Source: Octopus sinensis
Lineage: Eukaryota
Length of the DNA: 64,000 bases
Direction of reading: 5' to 3'
Assembly (NCBI RefSeq): GCF_006345805.1
Contig: NC_042997.1
Location: forward strand, 199,764,001 to 199,828,000
How positions within the stretch are numbered: position 1 is the first letter of the stretch; each line of letters starts with the position of its first letter. A model generated the notes under the pieces. That model was given only the letters and a program-made list of their open reading frames with translations. It searched no databases and had not been told where the DNA came from. The translations under genes were made by a program, and so were the position numbers. This document shows positions 1 through 12,142 of this stretch, one piece after another.

Positions 1-429
1 GCCTTGATTCACTTATTTTCAACAAGAGGAACTCATTCTCTATGCTCATGCATACTTTGTGTATTCATGGCTAACATTACAAGTACACAAATAAATGAAG
101 TGTGATTTCTAATAGAGTGACAGAGGACCAAAATTTCAAATGCAGTTGTTACATATGGTAGTCACTTGTAAATAAAGCTATGAAATCAAATAATGAATTG
201 TTTAAATGGTTCACAGTTTCTGTTAGAGAGTAGTCCTAACTAGCTTAATTACTAAATTACTAAGCTGAAGCATAATAATTAGAATAAGATAATGTTAGCT
301 CTGCAACTAAGAAAAGTTTATCAGTGAAAAAAGAAAATTGTATGAAGTTTGTATAAGGTGTTGTACTCCATTGTAGTGAGAAGTTGTTGAATGTAGAATA
401 TTTCATGTTTACATCAGTCAAGGAAATTA

Positions 430-650
430 GTTTCAGCAGATGCTCTTCCTAACCAACTTCACCATTTTACAAGCCAAGTAATGTTTTTTATCCTCCAGCC
501 AGGCATTTTTTTCATAAACAATTGCAAACAAAAAATGCCATTTGTATGACAATGATATTTGCTTACAGCCAACATATGATGTCAAGATAAAAGACACACA
601 CACACACACGAAAGGTGTCTTTTCAGTTTCTGTTCTCCAAATTAATTACT
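430..650 (-). mobile_element. Degenerate SINE fragment (CORE-SINE body with RTE-type tail)
   Basis: Diverged match to the better copies at 31188-31547 and 37632-38043 (GATGCTCTTCCTAACC..., ATGATGTCAAGAT-(CA)n-CTTTTCAGTTTCTG). Boundaries approximate. Confidence 0.5.
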
Positions 651-719
651 CAGGAAGCTTTTATCATCCTTGAATGAAATATTAATTGATCAAAATGAGG
701 AGCTAAGTTTCAAAGCTTT

Positions 720-985
720 GGGTGCAGGAAAGGTGGCTGTGCTGGTTGTGGATATGCGATTTAGAAGAATGACAAAATTATTACAGGTAAAAGAGGAGGG
801 CAATCGACACGGGAAAATACTTTTGGAAGAAGGAAGGAAAAATGTGTGATCAGTTCTCTGGATGTTGGGCTTCTAAATGGAATGTTGAAGAACAAAGATG
901 AGTGGGGATACAAAGTACAGCAAATCTGTTCAACTCTTGCCAGTATGGCAAAAAGGACATAAAAATGATTGCTATGATGATGCAT
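720..985 (+). mobile_element. Decayed RTE-clade LINE 3' end
   Basis: Relics of the RTE C-terminal G.R.RGRPRKTW.E motif, followed by a CCAGTATGGCAAAAAGGACATAAAAATGAT..GATGATG tail like the RTE tail at 57850-57885. Confidence 0.45.
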
Positions 986-3542
986 TTTCTATAGATTATT
1001 CCATATGGATTAATATAAATGGAATTCAAATCACTTGCATTGCATGGCTAATATAAAGACTCAAGTTCATAAACTCCCTGAATACATATGAAAGTTTGTT
1101 TGTCTAAATATCACAATTATAGAGTGATATCACATTTCATAGTTTGCACTGTTCTTTACAGCTAGTATGGAGAGAAAAAAAAATCTAGTCTCATGATAAT
1201 TTTGTATTGAGAGTTGTAAATGTGGAAAAGGAAGTGTAGGTAATAATCTAATGATGATAGAGAAATTGTAGTAGTAATGATGACAGAATGAATGCAAGTG
1301 ATATAATGAGTGCAACAACAATGATAAACAATGTCGAAAATGACGATCATCATTATTATACATATGCAAATGAAACTAATAAAAATAACAAATTCGGTAA
1401 TATTATGGCATAGCATATTCAATACAATTATGGTCATTGTTTATTACCCAGGTTTGAAATAAAATGGGAAAAGGAAGTTATGAAAGTCATTTGACAATAG
1501 GAATAAAAACAAAATTAAGAACTCAACATTATCAATGCTTTCATTAGATAACTGGTTTAGTGTTATTTGAAAATTAGAATTCAAAAGAAACAATTTTATG
1601 TTAAAATTGCTTTATTTTCTAAATTATGCACAGAATATATAATTAAATATGAAAACGTTCCATTTGCATGCGTTGTCAATAGAAAATTAGTTTTCACCCA
1701 TTTACAGTTGCTTTATATGGAAAGATAAAGTTATGCCGTATTAGATGTTATAACCAGAATTATGTTCTTCAATTATTAACCAAGCTCAAAGAATTGTATA
1801 GTGATAGATATCTTGAGTTCAGTACAACTGTTTATTGATGCTGCCAACATTTAATGCTATTATACAGCTGATAATATTCAAATAACTTTCAACAGAAAGG
1901 TGTTATGAGCAAAACTTGAGTTAACTCTTACACGGATATACTGTCACTGTGTTTTAGTTTTTAAATAAAGAATTATGTAAGGTAATGTCTGTTGCCACTC
2001 CAACATGGCTTTCTGTATGGAAAAACGCTGCTACTCTTTAATCCCAGGAGAACAACTTCTCCGGCTGGTTAACAACACAACCTGTGCCCAATATATTACA
2101 AGCAGGGGAGTGAATCCCTATCATCGAGCAATTTGACAGGACCAGTAGACCAGCCTGGTTTTGGGGTATTTACTCTTCCTCAGTACTGCACACCTGTCTA
2201 CTAGAGATTGCAATCGTTCACCCTAGCTCACAATATATAGAAAAATAAGCAATATTCAGCCACTGATCTTGCAACAAGCAAAGCAGCTAATTCTAAAGAT
2301 GCAAGTAGTAACTCTACTGAAAAGTAATGTTTGTTACCACTTCAACATGGCTGTTGAAAGGTTTTGTGAAATAACTAGCTTTTAACTTAATGATAAACCA
2401 ATGCTGAAACTTTCCATGACAATCTAATAAAAAAAATTTTAATTTAGCTTTGAATACTTCAATAGGTTGATGTTGAAAGTGTTAAGTAAATAATTTCACA
2501 AGATTTTAATCGGAACTTCATAAAATATCAAGGTTAAGAAATAAACTGCCTGATTAATAAACCTTCATCTTATTAAAAATGTTCAATATTGAACCATTCT
2601 TTACCTATAGTCTGCCACTTCTACATCATGTACAATGGACTTCGCTCAATAACATGTTCTGAATGTACGATGTCTCATTAGTTTACAGCACTTACTGCCG
2701 CTTTCTCTCTCTCTCCAAGCACAAATATTACAGACTTGTTCATTCAGTGAAATAATGTATCTTTGTAAGATTTACATGGAATGTCCTTACCTTCTTTGCA
2801 TATTAACATGTTACTAATCTTAAATTTCTCAAACTTCAAATACTCCACTTGTTCATATTGAGCTCCCAATCACTACATTCCTCTGTAGCAAGTGATTAAA
2901 ACAGAAACTACCATTACTATTTCTAACAAATACTCTGCTCAACAAATCAATGAGAGTGCCTCTATGCAGTTGCTCAACCAATTAGTAACAGCAGTTAAAT
3001 CTCCCTCATGGCATTGTTTTAAGAGATGATGCAATGCCTAATCCAGTCTTATATACACTATATATGAAAACAATCTGTTGTGGTGAAGGCTGAAATTCAT
3101 TTGATTATAAGTATGCTTGATCAAGCCTGGCCGGGGGTTAAACAACTGTTCTTCATCTATACATTTTTTGCCTTCTTTTTCTTTAAGTTTCTTATATGAT
3201 GATTAGACCCGTCCTCATGGCTGAGGGTTAGAAAGGAGAGGAGTTCAGACACAGCCACCGTATATGTAAGGGATGTTATATACCTATCTCAGTTTGTCAT
3301 GGCTCATCAGCTTTACACTGAAAAAAGCTTAATTTGATTAAACAAATAAATGAAAAAGGCAGGGGTCTGAAACATTGAAATTTTGCACTCCTCCTCATAA
3401 CAAATGAAGCTACTGACTTCTACAAACTCTGTAAGGCTAATAAAATGCTTTACATAACATGAAGCAGTTCTCTAAATAAACAAGAATCCTCCTGCACCCC
3501 CCCCCCACACACATAGTAAGTGAGCAAAGATAGAGCTGCTTA

Positions 3543-4808
3543 TAATAATCCTTTCTACAGCAGGCAAAAGGCCTGAAATTTTAGGGGAGGGGACCAGTCG
3601 GTTAGATCAACCTCAGTACATAACTGGTACTTAATTTATCAACCCCCAAAAGAATGAAAGGCAAAGTTGACAATGACGGCATTTAACCCTTTCGTTACCA
3701 AACCGCCCAAAGCCGCCCGAATTTACCTATTCATATTTAAATGAGAATATCAGAGCAAATCTCTTTAGTACATTTGTGAAAACACGTGATTATGCTTCGT
3801 AAACAATTCATCTACAGTTTTGTACAACGATCGACGTGTAATTTTAATTCCCTGAATTTTGGGAGATTTTTTTCCACATTTTTTTCGGCATTGATTTTTC
3901 TTCAACTTTGAAAATGGATAGGAGTTTCATGTTATCAAGCATTGATTCCGAATTGGAAAATTTGTGAAACAAATACTGGGTACTGTTGTGGATTTAGTTT
4001 TTATACAGGGAAACTAATGTTAGTCAGCATGGCTTAGGGTATGATGTGGTCTGGAAGTTATTGTTTGAAGCGATTAATGCGGAAACAAACTTACGCAGAA
4101 TGTAAACAAACACAAAATGGGGGTTCAAATTTCGGAAAATTTGTGAAGCAAATACTGGGTACTGCGTGGATTATGTTTTTATACAGGGAAAATAATGTTA
4201 GTCAGCATGGCCTAGGGAACGATGTGGTCTGGAATTTATCACTTCCATACCATAACCAGGGCCGTATATTATTTTTTGACTGATTTCTTTAGTTCGGTCA
4301 AACTTACTGTGGATTCCAGTATTTCACTTTATTCCACCTTCATGGTACACCTGTTATGAATTAAATTCAACTGATGATATAGTGATGTGCACAATTCTTC
4401 TTTATCAAAATTTTGTTACATACCCATTTGAATATTAGCTGATGATTCATTTTTTATGGTGATGTTTAAACAAAATTTTAATATTTTTACCTTTTGCTCA
4501 ATTTACCTGGATTTACCTGTAATTAAAGTCACTTTGAGACAAAAGTTATGCAATAGAATTGATTAAGAACCCTTTCTTTAATTATGTTCCAAATATCACA
4601 TTAAAATGTTGATAAGTAAAAACGTTACAGTTATTTAATGAAACAAGCCTAGATTCATGATTATTTTAGAATTTAATTGAAACACATGAGGGGTGTATTT
4701 TGGTCAGAAATATAGTAACGAAAGGGTTAAACTCAGAATATCAAGACAGACGAAATACTGCTAATCATTTCACCTGCCATGCTAATGATTCTGTCAGCTC
4801 GCCACCTT
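3543..4808 (-). mobile_element. tRNA-derived SINE (Meta/Sauria-domain-like), split by a TTAA element
   Basis: Reverse complement of the intact copy at 42701-42918 (CTTTGCCTTTCATCCTTT..GGGGTCGA.AAATTAAGTACC). The two halves (3543-3686, 4727-4808) rejoin across the insert. Flanking GCTGCTTA at 3535-3542 and 4809-4816 is a probable TSD. Confidence 0.8.
3687..4726 (+). mobile_element. Non-autonomous piggyBac-type DNA transposon (internal deletion derivative), 1040 bp
   Basis: TTAA on both sides (3683-3686, 4727-4730); perfect 12-bp TIR CCCTTTCGTTAC / GTAACGAAAGGG; internal ~170-bp duplication (about 3958-4055 vs 4128-4235); short acidic ORF start MDRSFMLSSIDSELEKF at 3914. Confidence 0.88.
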
Positions 4809-5059
4809 GCTGCTTACAATAATAACGAACATAGCAACAACACAGACATGTTGACTTCCAGACACATGTTCAAGTTAATTAGTATGATGACAGACTAAAT
4901 GGAAACAGAATATTCAGTTTTTCACCATAGCATTCAAGTAGGCAACTTTCAAACCCATGAGAGAACCTCTACATAGAAACTTTAGATGAAAGAAATAGAA
5001 GCCAAAACTCATAAAATCATACTCTGCAGCCACAGCAAACTGGAACTCAATTGATTATG

Positions 5060-5370
5060 ACAATGAGGATTCCAGTTGATCTGATCAATGGAACAGCCTG
5101 CTCATGAAATTATCATGCAAGTGGATGGGCACTCCATGGACAAACATATCCTTCACATAATTCTCAGAGAGATTCAGTGGGACCCAGATTATGACAAACC
5201 TGGCTCTTTGAATTACAAAGTACAACTCATTTTTACCAGCTGAGTGGACCAGAGCAATGTGAAATGAAGTGCCATGCTCAAGGAGACAATGCGCTGCCTG
5301 GAATCAAACTCACAACCATGAGCTGAATACACTAACCACTAAGCCAGACATCTTCACACCGCATCAAACA
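5060..5370 (-). mobile_element. OK-like tRNA SINE, degenerate
   Basis: Reverse complement resembles 11491-11878 (GATTCCAGTTGATCTGATC tail; tRNA-like head near 5320-5360). Confidence 0.65.
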
Positions 5371-5478
5371 ATATAATTCTGGGTACATAAAGGGATGAGG
5401 TAGTCAGAGCTAGAACATCCTTGTTGCTAGATTACAGCTTACTTGCAACTAAGCAACAAAAATATTTCGCTATGCGTC

Positions 5479-5740
5479 ATCATCATTTAACATCCACTTT
5501 CCATGCTAGCATGGGTGCCAGGAGGCTGCACCAGGCCCAGTCTGATCAGGCAGTGCTTCTACAGCAGGATGCCCTTCCTAACGCCAACCACTCCATGGGT
5601 GTAGTGAGTGCTTTTTACGTGCCAGGCGAGGCTGGCAATGGCCATGATCGGTTGGTGCTTTTTACATGCCACCAGCTTGGAGGCCAGTCGGGGCGGCGCT
5701 GGCAACAGCCACAAAACAGACTTGACATGGGTTCCTCACC
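5479..5740 (-). mobile_element. RTE-type 3'-end repeat (5'-truncated LINE/SINE tail)
   Basis: CATCATCATTTAACATCCACTTTCCATGCTAGCATGGG...GGATGCCCTTCCTAACGCCAACCACTCC, same family as 35585-35915 and 57590-57885. Confidence 0.8.
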
Positions 5741-6169
5741 AATATCTTCCAGTTTATGTTACTATTGTAACATTCAGTGAATGCGTTAATGTTTTGCTGC
5801 TTGTCAATGCCATGGTAACAATATCTTTCATTCCTCAATCAATGTTTTAAACATCTACATTTGTTTTTTCTTGGCACATTCCTATTACCTACATCTAGAC
5901 CAGGGGTTCCCAAACATTTCTTCTAGTAACCTCCTTTATTATATCCAGGAGTGTTGGGGCATCCTATGGGAAATGTAAGATAAAAAGGACTGGATACTAT
6001 AGAACAAACAACAGACATATATTATTTAATATTACTTTAATTTAAGAAGTTCAAGTAATTCTTCTGGGGTCAGTTAAGTACAAGAGCCAAATTCTTGGCT
6101 TTGTGCTTTTGCAAGAAAATTATCTCATTTAATGTTGCATTTTCATTATGTAATTCAATTCAGTGTAGA

Positions 6170-6270
6170 AACACTGCCAGATCAGACTGGAGCCTGGTGC
6201 AGCCTCCTGGCTTCCCAGACCCCGGTCGAACTGTCCAACCCATGGAAAATGGACATTAAACGATGATGAA
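6170..6270 (+). mobile_element. Short RTE-type 3' tail
   Basis: GTAGAAACACTGCCAGATCAGACTGGAGCCTGGTGCAGCC...CATGGAAAATGGACATTAAACGATGATG. Confidence 0.75.
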
Positions 6271-6587
6271 TTCTAAGTAGTTTCAGAGAGATTCACTTGC
6301 AAATTATTCTCCATTATCAGCATGAAATTTCGTTTTTAGTATAAACATTGCTGAAAAACCTTTCTTCACAATAAGTGGATGAGGACATTTCTCTTGCATA
6401 CCCCTTCAATTAGATGTACACTGATTTTGAAGCCCCCTAACCAATAATATTAAACATTCCACTCTCACTTCTGTGAAAAGACTAACATTATCATAAATTC
6501 AAACCTCGTTATTATATTTTGTCCAAAGCAAAGCACCCATGTCTGGTTACTCCATTTATATCACAGATATATAAATGGAGTATGTGT

Positions 6588-6618
<31 letters not shown>

Positions 6619-6810
6619 GGGAGAGTTTACGAAAAAAAAAACAAAAGATGGAGACGGGTGGTGTACAAAACAAACAGATGTATTAGTGTAACGCTCAGGA
6701 ATAGAAAAAGTCTTTTATGTTTCGAGCTTACGCTCTTCTACAGAAAGGGACACAGAAGAAACAAGGAAAGAAAAAAATATGTGTAGTGGCTAACAATCTA
6801 TCATGGCGTC
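6619..6810 (-). mobile_element. Short Penelope-like (pLTR-derived) relic carrying a hammerhead-like motif
   Basis: Abuts (TA)n. The minus strand has CTTT-CTGTAGA-A-GAGC GTAA GCTC-GAAAC-AT-A-AAAG (6712-6747). Related element at 36550-36755. Confidence 0.55.
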
Positions 6811-6814
6811 TGAT

Positions 6815-7060
6815 AGATCGTTAGATATATATATCATAGTTTAACATCCATATCCGTTAGATATATATATATCATCGTTTAACATCCATCTTCTATGCTA
6901 AATGGTGGGATAGCACCATAAGAGCTGGCCAGGCTGAAGCCTGTACCATACTTCTGTGACTGTATTGGCAGGATTTTTACAGCTGGATGCCCTTCCTAAC
7001 ACCAACCACCAAGCAGAGTGGACTTAGTGCTTTTTATGTGGCACAAGCACAGGAGAGGCC
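6815..7060 (-). mobile_element. RTE-type 3'-end repeat with a locally duplicated tail
   Basis: ATCATCGTTTAACATCC..CATGC..GGATGCCCTTCCTAACACCAACCAC. A ~36-bp tail/flank unit is repeated at about 6820-6890. Confidence 0.7.
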
Positions 7061-7064
7061 ATTC

Positions 7065-7567
7065 AAAGTAGACCCTGCACATGGTTCCAGCAAGATGGGG
7101 GCAACTGCTCATACTGCAAGAGAAACAATGCAGTTGCTATGGCAATACTTTGGAGAGAGAGAAATTTCCCACTATGGTAATGTCAACTGGCCTTCACATT
7201 CCCCAAACTTGACTAGCCTAGATTTTTTCTTGTGGGGATACCTGAAAGAGAAGGTTTATGTCAACAAACCAGAGACCCTGGCTCAATTGAAGGAGAATAT
7301 CAATAGAGAAATCAGAGAAGTGGGGTCTGAAATTCTTGAGGGTGTTATGGTGCAAGTTTTGGAAAGAGCACTGATGTGCAAAGCCAAAAATGGCTGCCAT
7401 TTGAGCAATGACATTTTTCATTTGATATAGTAGTGTTGCAAAATTTGACTTGTGCATATTAATTTCCATTATGTTCTTTATATTGTACGAAAATTTCATG
7501 CATTTATTTATAAAGTTAAGGAAGTTATTAAAAATTAAAACACATCAGTGACTTTTGGGACATCCTG
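7065..7567 (+). mobile_element. 3' fragment of a DD41D (rosa/Visitor-type) Tc1/mariner transposon
   Basis: Translation WFQQDG(+1 G)ATAHTARETM...WPSHSPNLTSLDFFLWGYLKEKVY gives 41 residues between the second and third catalytic Asp. Stop at 7430. Right end ACTTTTGGGACATCCTG (reverse complement CAGGATGTCCCAAAAGT) is a typical Tc1-like TIR. Confidence 0.82.
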
Positions 7568-7593
7568 TGTGTGTGTGTATATATATATATATA

Positions 7594-8883
7594 CGAGGGG
7601 CGTTCAATAAGTAATGCCCCTGACCCACTTCCCATTGCAGTAGAGCAACGAAACTTGGCACAGTTGTTAGTCTTTTTCTACATAGGAACCACCCAGAGTT
7701 ATGCATTTCACCCATCGTTTGATGCGGCTCCGGAGACCGTTTTTGTAGAAGAACCCAGCTTGGTCCTCCAACCTGAACGTGACTTCAGAAATCAAGGCTG
7801 CATCATCTGGGAAACGCTTTCCTTTCAAAAACAACTTCATGATTGGGAAGAGGTGAAAATCAGAGGGTGCAAGGTCAGGAAAGTAGGGGGGATGGGGAGG
7901 AGTCCATAGCCATACGCCTGTGCTTCTGATCTGGTGACAAGCGAGTTGTGGACCAGAGCGTTGTCCTGCAGGAGGAGGATGCCTTTGCTGATCTTGCCCC
8001 ACCTCTTGATTTTGATAACTTCTCTTAATTTCCTCAAAAGTGAAGCATAATAGGCTCCTGCAATTGTGGTACCCTTTGCCAGGAAATCTGTCATCATTAC
8101 TCCGTCCTGGTCCCAGAAGACTGTAAGCATGACCTTGCCAGCGGAGGGCTGCACCCTTGCCTTCTTTGGAGGGGGGGAGTCACAGTGCTTCTACTGCATT
8201 GACTGGGCTTTGGTCTCTGGATCATAGTGATGGACCCAGGTTTCATCCTGTGTAATCAGTCTTTTGAAAAATGTTGACTCATCTTCTTGGCACATCTCCA
8301 AATTCACCCTCGAGCACTCGACGCGTTCTTGCTTCTGGAAAGGTGTGAGCAACCTGGGAATCCATCTGGCAGATACCTTTTGCATATGCAAATGGTCATG
8401 AATGATAGTTTCCACAGACCCGGTACTAATCTTGACCTCATGGGTTATTTGGCGAATAATTATGCGTCGATCTTCCAAAATGGCAGCCTCAACTTGACGG
8501 ACAGATGCCTCATCAATGGCAGAAGGGGGCAACCAGATCTGGCAGCTGTTTCCACAGAGTTCTGACCATGTTTGAATTCACGATGCCAGGGTTTTACAAG
8601 GTCATATGATGGGGCATCATCACCATAAGTTACTTTCATTTCATCAAAAGTCTTCCGTGGTGTGCGTCCTTTCCAATACAAAAACCGGATCACTGCTCGA
8701 CACTCAACAGGCTCCATTTCACACTTGACTCGGTTCAAACACCTGTAAATCAGAAACCACAATTAATTCAGAGCTGTAATTTGCCACTTACTCTATAGAG
8801 ATATAAATGATTGCACATGCAAAATTTCAGCTAGATCAAACAACTGCAAGTGGGTCAGAGGCATTACTTATTGAACGTCCCTC

Positions 8884-8884
<1 letters not shown>
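7594..8884 (-). mobile_element. Full-length mariner transposon (D,D34D), 1291 bp
   Basis: 37-bp TIRs CGAGGG(G/A)CGTTCAATAAGTAATGCC(C/T)CTGACCCACTT with 2 mismatches; TA on both sides (7592-7593, 8885-8886) within (TA)n. Confidence 0.96.
7667..8717 (-). pseudogene. Mariner transposase, ~350 aa when reconstructed, interrupted
   Basis: MEPVECRAVIRFL...WHREFKHG...SARWIPRLLT...ITQDETWVHHYDPETK...LLQDNA...HPPYFPDLAPSD (34-residue D-D spacing). Lesions: -1 frameshift near 8530, TAG at 8191-8193, -1 frameshift near 7890. Both frameshifts lie in C/G homopolymers. Confidence 0.92.
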
Positions 8885-8944
<60 letters not shown>

Positions 8945-8958
8945 TATATATATATACT
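8885..8958. repeat. (TA)n microsatellite
   Basis: Directly visible. Confidence 0.95.
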
Positions 8959-9949
8959 CTCACACACAGACTGAGTAAATTGTTCAGAGATGACACCAAC
9001 AGAAAAACAATAATCACATTTTACTGAAATAGTCTAAAAGGCTGAAACACATCTGGAGTTGTCTCCAACTGTTAATGAAGCAATTAAATATTAGTCGTAT
9101 TTTCATGACAATCACTTTTGAACTGTTTGCTTCAGTCTACCAAAAACAGGTTCAGCTTTTACTTCAACATTGAATGCTTAGAAATAAGAAGCACAATCAA
9201 GTTGTAAAGACAATTTTCTTACAAATAAACAATCCCATCTATGCCTCCAGACATAAATGGATGTAAATCAAATGCAAAAGGTAGTATACTCAAACACTTT
9301 CCCATCTAATGCCAACATTGTGACAATGTCAACTAGGTTTAGCTTTCATATGAAAGGAAGTAACCAATGTATATTTATTTCTAATGGCCATTATATGATT
9401 CATTGTTTCTAAATGTCAAACATCTTTCAAACTAACTTTATGATGATTTTCAATAAAATGTTGTGTGTGAATAAATATGAATATATATAAAGTAGGGAGA
9501 GGAGACAAAGAAAAAGAGAGAGAGATGATCACAGTTTCAAAGCCTGGACAATCCTTTTTCAAGAAAGCATTGATAAAGGGTATCCACTTGTAAAACCATC
9601 TACTGCAAGAATGTCTTTATCTACTTAAATTTGAAAGCCTGGGATGGTTGACTAAATTTGATAAAGGAAAGACTTATTTAACTGTAACATGGGATATTCA
9701 AACATGAGACTGTTTGAATAATAAAAAAAAATAAGAATGAATATTTTCTACATAAATGGTTCTCAATTTTTCTAACTTTGATGATTACTAGAGATAACAC
9801 ATATGGAAAGTAAAAAGAAACAATTCAGCTTTAAAATAAAAATCAACCCATTCCTGCCAACCACTAGAAAACTATTGCTTACCTTGTTTTACATACCTGC
9901 CTATTTATTTATTTCTTCATTCATAGGTTTATTTTTTTTATACTACTAT

Positions 9950-10312
9950 AGGTTAGATGAATATGTTGAAACTTTTGTGTTACAGCTGGATGCCCTTTCT
10001 GTCAATTACCCTTACCTGCTTTTTCAAGTAAGGTATCTTTTATTCCACATGGTCTTCAAGGTGCAAGATGAGTCAGCAGTTTGTTGATAGAAGTAAAACA
10101 AAGAAATGCAGAGGGACACACACACACCAACACCAGTTGTCAAGTGGTAGTGAGGAACACACACAATGGGCTTCTTTCAATTTCTCTCTGCTAAATCCAT
10201 TCACAAGGTTTTGGTCAGTTTGAGGCCATAGAAGAAGGCACTTGCCCAAAATGCCACACGGTGGGACTGAACCTGGAACCATGTGGTTGGAAAGTAAGCT
10301 CCTTATCATACA
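9950..10312 (-). mobile_element. CORE-SINE with RTE-type tail, degenerate
   Basis: tRNA-like head (GTGGGACTGAACCTGGAACCATGTGG), CORE-like CACTTGCCCAA, tail GCTGGATGCCCTTTCTGTC. Confidence 0.65.
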
Positions 10313-10436
10313 CTCAATGCTTGTACTTTATTCAGTTTCTACTCGCCAAATCTACTCACAAGGCTTTCATTGGCCAGGCCTACAATATACAACAAAATTA
10401 TGAATAAACACATTTTGCAAGATGCTTGAGAACAAA

Positions 10437-10794
10437 CTTTCTTTTATTCTTTTACTTGTGTCAGTCATTTGACTGTGGCCATGCTGGAGCACCGCCTTTT
10501 AGTCGAAAAAATAAATCTCAAAACTTATTCTTAGTAAGCTTGGTACTTATCCTATTGGTCTCTTTTGCCAAACTGCTAAGTTACGAGGACATAAACACAC
10601 CAGCATGTGTTGTCAAACAGACACACATATTTACGACAGGCTTCTTTTCACTTTCCATCTACCAAATCTACTCACAAGGCTATCATTGGTCTGAGGCTGT
10701 AGTAAAAGACACTTGCCTAAGGTGCCAAGCAGTGGGAGTGGACCAGAAACCATGGGGTTGGGAAGTAAGCTTCTTACCACACAGCCCTGCCTGT
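10437..10794 (-). mobile_element. CORE-SINE (OR1/OR2-like), tail type A
   Basis: TCAGTCATTTGACTGTGGCCATGCTGGAGCACCGCC...GACACTTGCCTAAGGTGCC...CTTACCACACAGCC. Confidence 0.85.
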
Positions 10795-11490
10795 TTGACA
10801 TTACTATGTCTTTTCTGAAACCCTAAATTATATTTTTAAAACCACTTATGGTACAACATTTGGGGACTTCATAAGTATACTAAATATAAAGTAAAAAATA
10901 TTACTAATTCATCTTATATTATATGAATGTCTGAAAATTCTTAGTTGAAATTTATTCCTGGTATTAGTATTACATATTTTTCTTCTACCAGCAGACACTC
11001 ATTGTAAATAGTATAACCATCTAACAATAACCAAACTGATGTAATTAGTTTTCGATGTAGATTATATCTGAATTCATGTCACAAAAAAATATAAATTATG
11101 CCAAATATATGTGCAATTTATAACCATTTATCTAGATTTGCCATTTCCAGACATTCATGATATACAAAAAGAAATCCAAGACTCAGAATCTAATCTCTCT
11201 TTGAAATGAAAATAACATCAATCAAGGTAACCTTATTTTAAAAACTAATAAAGCTGCCTTTATGCAGTCACTCAGCCTAAATGAAATGGCAGTCAAAGCA
11301 TTTCTACCACAGCTAAGAGTAATGAAACAGGATGGACATATTGGATACTGTTGGCCAAGAAAGAATATTTGAAGGAAGAGTGTTGGCAGAAATGTCTGAA
11401 CAAGGGGTTAAACAACAACAGCACAAACAACAATGGTTCAGACTGGCATATTTCCAATCTTATGTCAGGCACAGTTTACTTTCCTTTAAT

Positions 11491-11878
11491 TAGTGGAGGT
11501 GCAATGGCCCAGTGGTTAGGGCAGCGGACTCGCAGTCGTAGGATCGCGATTTCGATTCCCAGACCGGGCGTTGTGAGTGTTTATTGAGTGAAAACACCTA
11601 AAAAGCTCCACGAGGCTCTGGCAGGGATGGTGGTGATCCCTGCTGTACTCTTTCACCACAACTTTCTCTCACTCTTACTTCCTGTTTCTGTTGTACCTGT
11701 ATTTCAAAGGGCCGGCCTTGTCACTCTCTGTGTCACGCTGAATATCCCCGAGAACTACGTTAAGGGTACACGTGTCTGTGGAGTGCTCAGCCACTTACAC
11801 GTTAATTTCACGAGCAGGCTGTTCTGCTGATCGGATCAACCGGAACCTCGTCGTCAGAACCGACAGAGTGCTTCCAAG
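11491..11878 (+). mobile_element. Young full-length OK-like tRNA-derived SINE with 13-bp TSD
   Basis: A box TGGCCCAGTGG, B box (A)TTCGATTCC, many intact CpGs; TSD ACTTTCCTTTAAT at 11478-11490 and 11879-11891. Confidence 0.9.
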
Positions 11879-12142
11879 ACTTTCCTTTAATACTTAACTC
11901 ACATAATTAACTAAAGTACCTTGACCAGTGTGTTTGCAGATTAATTAACGTACATAAACATTGATATGATGTAGGATTAATTAGAGATATCTTCAACATA
12001 TTATTAGTTTCCTTAATAAACATGAGCTCATTTGCAAAAAGTGGGTAAATATATGCTTGTTAATTCCATGCATGTAAATATATTAATTTAGTGAATTTAA
12101 TTTTAATTAAAATGGAACAAAAGCTTGAGCAATGCTTTCCTT

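Noticed and set aside
2120-2190. GGACCAG..CTGGTTT pairing suggesting an HDV-like P1
   Set aside because: Only 9 nt lie between the strands, too short to hold P2 and P3.
11494-11570. tRNA-like sequence with A and B boxes
   Set aside because: It is the head of a SINE: it continues into the SINE body and is flanked by a TSD. Not called as a tRNA gene.
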